DNA from: Octopus vulgaris
Taxonomy: Eukaryota
Direction of reading: 5' to 3'
Length of the DNA: 64,000 bases
Assembly (NCBI GenBank): GCA_951406725.2
Contig: OX597815.1
Location: 111,042,001 to 111,106,000 of the forward strand
The notes beneath the pieces are model-generated. The model saw only the letters and a program-made list of their open reading frames with translations, searched no databases and was not told the DNA's origin. The translations under genes and the position numbers were made by a program. Positions 54,470 to 64,000 of the stretch are shown one piece after another (positions within the stretch are counted from its first letter, which is position 1; the number at the start of each line of letters is the position of its first letter).

Positions 54470-56105
54470 AGAATGCTTGGGATATACAGATGCTACATCC
54501 TGTTTATTTTACGGGAGATCAGCAATGTTTATCTGTAAGATCAAACACTAGTCCCTCTGTAAGAAGGACCAGTGATACATAAAGCGATTATGAATATGAA
54601 GAGGAGAAAAGCTGCAGATATATGAGGGATAGTTAAGCAGATGTTCAAAATATCTGGTGAGAAGAGAGATATGATACTTATTGAAGTCATGCAAGAAGGT
54701 GTCATACCCGACGTTGGACATGTCATCGTAAACTGTTGCAAAGGCAAAAGAGACGACTTAAGGAGAGGAAACAAGGAATCAAACTACTGGGTCAGGTTAT
54801 GAAGGCCATAGCGATATCCATCGTGCAATCGGTATTTCACTGCCGAGAATTAAATGAGATGTAGACTGGCTTTGTGTCCGAAGGAGGTAACACGGATGCC
54901 TACTTCCCAGTGAGGTAACGCCATGAGAAATACTTTGTTTAGATTTAATCACCATTTCTGGTTTCCGTTGACTTGGAAGTGTTTGACGGGGTACCACGCT
55001 CAGAAATTAGATGAACCCCAAGGAAAGAAGGCTTAGAAGTACGATCTTGATGGCTGTACAATCTATGTATAATGATGCAGTAATTAAAATGAGTCAATAA
55101 TGATTTCAATCATGAATTTTGCATAGGATTCCGCCAAAGTTCAATCCTCACTCCCTTGCTAGTCATCATAGTCACACAGGCCATCAAAAATGAGTTTAAA
55201 TTTGGCTGTCCATGGGAATTACTATATGTTGACGATATAGTTCTCATAGCTGAATCTGTAGTGGAATTAGTGAGGAAATTTCAGGTATGGAAGCTACATC
55301 TAGAATACAGAGGGCTCAGTGTAAACTTAGCAAAGACTAAGGTTTTAGTAAGCAGAAAAGATGACAGCACACGGGTACCTTCACGGAAATGGACTTGCTC
55401 GATATGCAGAAAAAGGGTATGCATAAACTACATAGATTGTATCCAAAAGAAAAAATGGATGTACAAGAAGTGTAGTAGTATCAAAGGCAGAGTAAGTTTC
55501 AAATGTGACTTACACTAGTGTCAGAAGTTCTCCTATTACCCCAGAAATAGCTTCTCTGAAATACTGGATGGTTCACTAGAATTAGTTGATATCTTTTGTT
55601 AACTATGGGATATAATTAGCAAGGGATGTGGTTGTTCTGTAAATATATTAGCCATAGTAAGAATAGGTTGGAAAAAGTTCATAAGCTATTACCACTGCTG
55701 TCAATAAATGTCATTTCTCTCAAGTGAAGTGTAGTATGTACGGCACTTGTGTCCGAACTGCAATGCTGCATAGTGGCAACAAATATCTCTTGGAAACAAA
55801 TATGTCTTATTAGTATGAGGACTAGTAAAGAATAGAAAGAAACGAAAATGTCATACTCCTCTAGACGCCCAGTATGAGTGTGTATGAACCACAAAGTACA
55901 AATGAGCAGAGAGAAAAATTTGATGCGTATGAATGAGGAGAGAGCCCTATAATGAGGTGCAGATCAATTAATGCAGATGGAGCTTTCGGAAGAGAAAGAA
56001 CCAAGAATATATGGGTCGAACTATGAGGGCTGATCTTAGGACCTTGGGGAGAAGGAAAGGACCTGCACGTCTGGCGATATGCTGTTCTTGAGAAGACATA
56101 CTCAT
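54470..56105 (+). mobile_element. Old RTE-clade LINE remnant (RT with embedded Cys-rich finger)
   Basis: GCPWELLYVDDIVLIAES, GLSVNLAKTKVLV, WTCSICRKRV..C....WMYKKCSSI; many stops. Confidence 0.82.
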
Positions 56106-56934
56106 CTCTGAGAATTTGAGATAGAAGAAATACAATTTGCATACACAAATACAAACACACATGCATATGCATAAATGGACCCAATTACCCCTCATATCCC
56201 TAACTGTGGTACTCTGCTGCTGTAATTACATGTGAACAGAACTGCACACTTCACGAGTGTTTCCTTGAAATCAGTTATCCTTCTTACTGTCCGAAACTAT
56301 TTTATATTCTACCCATATTTCTTAATAATGTTCTCTCAACACACTTTTTACATTAATGTCAATCAGCAACACCGTATCTGGCCCACTCTCTTTTTCTCAA
56401 ATTCTCTAAAACTTTTCTTGTTTTCTGTATTGTTATTAATATTCTTGTGTCCTTCACACCAACTTTTTTCTGCTCTCTCTCAATTCATATCTATCATGGT
56501 AGACCCCATATCTTAGCTACCATTCTCTATATCCATCACTCAATCTCAACTAATTTCTAAATTTATCATTTATTATTCTATATCTTCTCTTAACTTCCTT
56601 CAGCGCGTTTTCTTTCCCCAACTTTAACCATGTCTCACTCTCCTATACATCCTTGCGAACTCTATTCACACGCATTCCCTGCTCTCTTGCCTCCGCTCAG
56701 TTCAACTCAACTCGTACATTCATGGGGCATACTCACACCTCAACCATACTATTTAATCTTTTGTACTTCACACTTTCTATATCTTGAATTGTCATATGAT
56801 TCCTCTACACCAAGAAACCCATTCTGTACTATTCCCTTCTTACATACTTATGCTCTCATATCCTAGCATAAACAACCATTTTCTGCTGTATATACTTGTA
56901 TTTGAAAGACATCATATTCTTGCACACTGCATCA

Positions 56935-57137
56935 CGAGCTGACTAGTGCTGGTGCGATAAAAACAGCCCCCCAGTATATGATATAAAGTTGTTGGTGTTA
57001 GGAGGATCTTTAGCCGGAGAAATCTTGTCAAAGCAGAGACACTTGAGCGCAATGCATTTCCGAGGCAGTCAAATCCTGTCAAACAGCGCAACGCATGCTG
57101 TGATAAAGCATGGGCATAAAGTTATGATGATGATGAT
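56935..57137 (+). mobile_element. Degenerate SINE/LINE 3' tail ending in (GAT)n; related fragment at ~61900-62000
   Basis: Shared GTGTTAGGA.GG...AGC.G.GAAA motif and (ATG)n ends. Confidence 0.45.
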
Positions 57138-57969
57138 ACTATTGTACATAGAGAAATGTGTGAGTATGTGTGTATGCATATATATGTGTGTGTGTGTATG
57201 TGTGTAAAGAGAGAGTGTGTGTGTGAGAGAGAGAAAGATCTAAAAATACAAATGTATGTAATCACACAAGCGTACACAAGCACATACACACATATACACT
57301 AGGCATTTACATAAATTACATATATATTTATGCACACATATATTGATATATACACACATACATATATGCATACTTGTATGTATGTATATTCTCACACAAG
57401 GACACGCCGATTTAATGGTGCCATAAAGATTTACATTAATTTATCTTTAGTGTTGAGCTGTCCAAAATGACAACGAAATGGATTTTCTGAAATAAAACCC
57501 ACCCCACTCCCAAATTTCTCCACACAAACACACACACACACGCACACACAGAAAATGCGTACGCACATACACATAAACACTCACACACACACAAACACAC
57601 GAACACACATAAACACACAAAGACACACACTGACATACATACAACGTGTGTTTGTATGTGTGTATATATGAATGCATATATGTGTGTGTGTGTACATGTG
57701 TGTGTTTGTGTGTGTGTATGCGTGTGTGTAGGCAAAACTACCATGTTCTTTGCTGCAAGCAATTAAATAGATAAAATAGGTGTCGAGTCTTTAAAAAATC
57801 ATTGTGAAAAGCTCATGTAGATGCGATATTAATAAACTGAACTGTTCACATCACGTCTGTGTATTTGAAGCACAGATTTAAAGTTATGAAAATTTAATTC
57901 GTGCCCAAATCTATATTAGAAATGTCTTATATAGAAAAGCAACACAATGCGCTAGCAACAGTATGAGCA

Positions 57970-58008
<39 letters not shown>

Positions 58009-58177
58009 TCATAGAAAACAAATATTTGTAAATATTTGCATATTCTTTTTGTTAAAGCATTACACGTGTTTCAGCAAGCATACACACCTTCATATACCTA
58101 TATGTATATGTAAAATATACTTATAATGTACATGTATGTATGTATGTATGATTATATATATACATATGTGTATATAC

Positions 58178-58234
<57 letters not shown>

Positions 58235-58293
58235 GCATACACGCATACATCTCTGCATACATACATCATTCACACCTCGGTATATCATTCTCG

Positions 58294-58324
<31 letters not shown>

Positions 58325-58464
58325 ATGTATGTATATATAACAAAGTGAAGTTGTAAGCTACCGCACGAGTGGGAATATATATAAAAGAAGGTTTGAAAAT
58401 GCAACTTTAAAAGATGTTTATTCACTTTTATAAACATCTTTTAAAATTGCATTTTCAAACCGTC

Positions 58465-58550
<86 letters not shown>

Positions 58551-59310
58551 ATATATATATATGTATATATACATACACACTGAGACACACACATATATAT
58601 ATATGCATATGTATATATATATAGTGTATATGTATATATGTGTATATGTATGTATTATATACATACAACATACATACATATATACGTAAACACATTAACA
58701 TATACTTAGATACACCATGTACACATCAATATATTATTTTAAAACTATTAATGTGGAAAAACCTGTACATGCATCTTTAAAATAATAGGTTTCTTGAAAT
58801 GAAATAACATGAAATATTTAAAAGCATACTTGAACTAAAGCACTGCATTTCTACAATCAAGCACTGAGAAATTCTACCTGCCAAAGAATTGTGAATATTT
58901 CTGTTTGTTTTTATCTTCTGCTTGCCTAAGAGGCATGAATGTGTGTAGCCCAGTGGTTATAGTGTTTGGCTTTTATTATGGTGTTTTGCCCTTATTAATC
59001 TGCGCGTTTCGTTTCTTGGAAAAGGTGCTTTGGCGTGTTGTACCACTAAATCTTCTATAAGAAGGTGAAAGTATTCAGCAAGATTTTATATGAGTATGCA
59101 TGTATGTATGCATATATATATACACGTAAATTGGGATCAATGAAAATGATTGCTCAACGTCGCATTTGTGGATATAATTTCTGTATTTCTGGATTAAGTA
59201 TTTTTGAATTGGTTTCACGTTAAGAAAAATGTGAAAATATATTTGGAGCAAATAGAAAAATATCCCAGTGGTAAATAAGAGACACATAATAGTGCCGATA
59301 TATATATATA

Positions 59311-59679
59311 CTAGCAGTATCGCCCGGCGTTGCTCAGGTTTGTAAGGGAAATAACTATAAAGCATTTTTAGAGAGTTATAGCCAAAAAATAGCAAAAAAA
59401 TGGAAAAAAATGATGGTAAATTTTTTTTTGATAGTTAAAAAAGGTGGAGTTGCGTCCCCTACACAGTTTGTGGTTTGTGTTCCTGATTCTCGACCCCATG
59501 TCGAATTTATCGATTTTTCAGAACTGGGGGAACTTTTCAAAATTTTCGCTGCGTTAGTTTTGAATTATGACATTGGGCTATGTGTGTGTCAAGTTTCATC
59601 AGAATCGGTTGAAAGCCGTGGTCAGGGTGAGGGTACAAGCAAACAGACACACAGAAACACGCACAGACAAACTGCCGTT

Positions 59680-59690
<11 letters not shown>
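59311..59690 (-). mobile_element. Non-autonomous Helitron-like element
   Basis: CTAG terminus at 59311-59314 next to a GC-rich hairpin (CCCGGCGTTGCTCAGG); AAGTTTCATCAGAATCGG and ACAG-type repeats near the other end, as in Lep1-type Helitrons. Confidence 0.65.
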
Positions 59691-59757
<67 letters not shown>

Positions 59758-59842
59758 TATGTACATATATATATGTATACATATATATATGTACATATAT
59801 ATATGTACATATATATATATGTATACATATATATATGTATAT

Positions 59843-60122
59843 GGAGGCGCAATGGCCCAGTGGTTGGGGCAGCGGACTCGCAGTCGGAGGATCGCGACTT
59901 TGATTCCCAGACCGGTCGTTGTGAGTGTTTATTGAGGGAAAACACCTAAAGCTCCACGGGGTGGTGGCGATCCCTGCTGTACTCTTTCGCCACAACTTTC
60001 TCTCACTCTTTCTTCAGTTGGTCTGCTCGCTTAGCCAGGAGGGTGGCGTCATTTGAATGCTAAAACAATGTGACCAGCGATATGTAGCACCATCTGATAG
60101 CCTGGTTGGTCACGTGATCACG

Positions 60123-60126
<4 letters not shown>
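59843..60126 (+). mobile_element. SINE family C
   Basis: Colinear with the reverse complement of 25473-25771. Confidence 0.88.
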
Positions 60127-60186
<60 letters not shown>

Positions 60187-60556
60187 TTGTGTGTGTCTGT
60201 ATATATGTGTGTATTTATATATATTAATATATATATATATACAGACATATACATATATATATGCATATTTATATATTGTGTGTGTATTATCGTTGAGGGA
60301 CAAACGGCGCTGTTGGTACAGAATATTCAAGATAATAAATAGAGTTTACGTCAATCAATGTTACGATACCACGCTGTAGTAGTAGAACTGGAAAGAACGT
60401 CAGTACATTCACTATATGATATTTTGCGCATACTAAGGGAAAATTTCCATGGTTGTAGATTTATACTGTAACTCAGAATGCTTCTTAGTTGTTTGCGATA
60501 CGTCCACTCATACATGCATACATACGCACACATACACGAATACACATATATACATT

Positions 60557-61667
60557 TACAGGATGTGATGGGTAAATTGTCGCTATTTTATATTTTTGAT
60601 TACAAGCATGCGCATCTTTTGTTTTTGATTTTGTCGACTACACAGTATATTAGGGTCAGTTGGGCACCGTCTGTAAGAAAAAAACAGCACTATGACGCAA
60701 TTCATTCCGCCAGAAATTTGCAAACAACATTCTGTAATGCTTGGCATTCACGCCGAAATCTTAAATACAAATATTTCAGTGTTTGAATGTCAATCTGAGG
60801 ATAGTGCAGAGAATTTGGAAAGACTTAAATGAGTCTAATGGTTATTACGAAGGTACAGCAGCTCGGAAAAATCACTCAGATCGTTCTAAGAAAAGAACTT
60901 CTGAATTTGTCGGTGAGATCCATGCCATGATTGACAACGATTTCTCCAAGTCAATCAGGTCCATCGCCAGAGACATGGGAGAGACTACGTTAACAGGCAG
61001 GTGATGCATGAAGACATTCGGTATTCCGTATACAAGAAAAGAAAATGCCAGTTTTTATCCCAAGCCATCAAACCTGTGAACAAACTCAAGCTTCCTCTCC
61101 AACCGAAATTGCTTGGTTTTTCACAGATGAGAAAATGTTTTGCCAAGATCAACTGGTGAACACACAGAATAACCGTTGGCATGCCGTGTCTCCAAAACAT
61201 GTACCGAAAGTAATAAAAATCAAACATCATGCCTCCATTCATCTCACACGGCCTCAGAGGCTTACATCGAGTGCCTGGAAAAGGTAGTCAAGAGGGTGGC
61301 TGCAGGAAAACCCTATGTCTGGCAACAGGACTCTGTGCCATGTTACACAAGCAGGATAACCCAGTTATGGTTATCAGACAATTTCTGCGACCACATCAAC
61401 CCTAAACCTGGTCAACCTCGCTGATTATTACGTGTTGCGTGCAGTTGATCAAGAGACCAACAAAACTCCTTGTAACACCAAAGATCAACTTAAGGCAAGG
61501 ATTATGGCAGCATTCATCAACTTAAACAAGGAGGCCGCCCAGAAGAGTTTCAGGAGATTTCAAGATATATTAATGTAATTTTGGTAAGTATATCTGTCAA
61601 GATGAGATGTCAGTGTTATTTTCGTTTTTGCACAATTTAGATGACAATTTATTCACCTCACCCTGTA
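60557..61667 (+). mobile_element. Degenerate Tc1/mariner-superfamily transposon (maT/DD37D-like)
   Basis: TIRs TACAGGATGTGATGGGTAAATTGTC / GACAATTTATTCACCTCACCCTGTA; KSIRSIARDMG, FFTDEKMF, NTQNNRW, YVWQQDSVPCYTS. Confidence 0.87.
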
Positions 61668-62001
61668 TATGTACATATATATATATATGAATTGAGCATG
61701 TTCTGCTGGATGGCCTTAAACAAGCATAAATAACTTAGAAGAGTATTTAGTCTTATAGAGTGCAAGACAAATTCACTGCTGCGTCGATAAAACACACTGT
61801 ATAAGGCTGGAGAAAGATCAGGGACAACTTGCTGACCAGGGGATCTTTATCGCAATCTTTCTTGTATTGGTACCATGAAGATTACATCCTTTAAACAACG
61901 TAAAATGGCGAGTGTTAGGAAGGGCATACAAGCGTTGAAACCATGTGACAAATGAAACGAAAGAAAAAAGTAAGCACTGAAAATGTGTATAAAATGATGA
62001 C

Positions 62002-62033
<32 letters not shown>

Positions 62034-62307
62034 GGAGGAGGAGGAGGTGAGATTTTGATGATGATGATGACGACGACGATGATAAAAGTATTGATGATGT
62101 TAAGTGTTGTTTCAGAAAGACATAACTGCTATTTTTATCTCTTCAATTACCTTGAAGTGCCTCTCCTGTTGGATCATTTACATACACATAGACACATACA
62201 ACGGGCAATCTGTGTACTTTGAGAGAGATGTATTTGTTATTTCTAGGAAAACTGAAATATATTTTAGAAACTTCCCGAGTATCACACAAACACACACACG
62301 CACACAC

Positions 62308-62344
<37 letters not shown>

Positions 62345-63746
62345 AATTCACGCACATAGATGGACACATTCTCAGCAGGAATGGTTAAGATGTTTGTCAT
62401 GTTAATTGTACGTGATAATTACGTTAAGAGAACGCGTGTCTGTGGAATACTCAACCACGATTTTTACGCTGATTCGCTGAGTGGATCAGATCACTCACTC
62501 GAACGACAGAAATGTCATTCATACGTCGTTCTCAATTCAAGAATCGATTGCCAGCAGATATGCTATGATTCTACGTGTGTCTCTTATTTTGAAGCCTTGA
62601 ATTCTTTACATTTTTGATTATTTTGTACAGTAAGCACACAATATTCTATACGCATATATTCATATATTCATAAATACACAATATTTCTATTAAGAACTAC
62701 ACACAAATTTACACGATATTTTAATGACAAATTTTTCAATATTGTAATGTACACGAATATCCTTGACTATTCCCACGAAGCAAATATTTTGTTTATAATT
62801 TGCATATTTTATTTGCCATTTGGGTGTGATTCAGAACCCAACATTATAAACCCAAACTGATAAAAAAAAGGAAGCATTTCACAGTGCAAACAGTCACGTC
62901 AAATATCATTGCAATTGGTTTGACAGTGAAATCAACATTCTCATTAACGCATGGCTTATTCTTTCACAAAATGAAAACGTCTCTGTTCCATGTATAAATC
63001 TCATTGCCAAAAGAGTTGTTCACCTTCATAATAACCGTCACGAAAGGCACATTCAAAACAGTCTGAAGCAAATTGTAGCTTCATATTGTACCGTAATCAA
63101 CCCCGTGAAAAAATCCGCTCGTGTGCACCTATTATTCTATGTATGAGGAATAATGTATGAAGTAGCCATCATCACTGTAATCATTTTATATTATCTGCTT
63201 ATTTTTTATATTTTTGGTTGTCCGGTATTTTAATTTTTCCTCCTTCTAAGGTTGATAAAATAAAGTATTGATGAGTACTGAAGTAAATTTAATCGACTGC
63301 CTCCTACCCCCAAATTTATGACAGTGTACATGTATAAGAAAGTATTACTATTAGAGTTTAGCTTTGGACATAATGAATTGCTGTATTAGTTGAGTCTATT
63401 TATATTTTTATGTTCAAGTGACACTAAGGCCATCTTTGCCTTTTTTAATTTTTCATAACTACAGCCGGCAACGAGCAGTAGTAACAAAAGCAACAGCAAC
63501 AACAATTACAACTACCACAGCAGCAACAAGAGCCACAAGGACGACCGTTAAAACATAGATCTCCAAGCCACCATACCACAAAAGATTCAATACCATCATC
63601 ATCGATGCTAGCTAGCAGACCTATTCTGTGACATTAGAATGGGCATACAAGTGGGGGGGGGATGAAAAAAAAGAGGAGGAAATCTAATGAGGATAGATGT
63701 GCTCTAAACAGTTAAAGCAGAACTCATTTTGTACAACTATTGCGTA

Positions 63747-63851
63747 TTCTTCTTCTTCTTCTTCTTCTTCTTCTTCTTCTTCTTCTTCTTCTTCTTCTTC
63801 TTCTTCTTCTTCTTCTTCTTCTTCTTCTGCTGCTGCTGCTGCTGCTGCTGC
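63747..63851. repeat. (TTC)n(CTG)n microsatellite
   Basis: Direct inspection. Confidence 0.95.
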
Positions 63852-64000
63852 CTGTATGACTCCTATCAGTGGACAACCTGAACCACTCCTTTCTTCGTCT
63901 GCCTTTGACTAAGCATAACCACTCCTTCATTCTCCCTCACCTACCACCGCTGCCCGAACATCTCAAACTCAACTAGTCCTATCAGTGTCCAGCCTGAACC

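Overview
AT-rich, microsatellite-dense eukaryotic DNA with no confidently identifiable host protein-coding gene. The SINE repertoire and repeat density look like an octopus/coleoid cephalopod genome (inference). The window is a mosaic of mobile DNA: a near-intact CR1-group LINE (4011-7450), a full-length degenerate Tx1/L1-clade element (10519-14494), RTE, R4/RLE-type and Penelope-like (Naiad-type) remnants, several Tc1/mariner relics, a Helitron-like element, a foldback element with telomeric repeats and at least four tRNA-derived SINE families. Three observations stand out. (1) A SINE variant shares its 3' tail with the Tx1 element, and both always sit at the same one or two positions inside the head of that same SINE family, which points to a self-targeting SINE/site-specific LINE system that builds nested arrays. 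(2) A repeated element at 2.4-4.0 kb carries a complete hammerhead ribozyme core whose three strands are in a non-circularly permuted, pseudoknotted order, conserved between diverged copies. (3) Six further, mutually unrelated non-coding elements each carry a type I hammerhead, most of them embedded in (TA)n tracts. All alignments and folds were done by eye, and boundaries are approximate unless a TSD or TIR is quoted.
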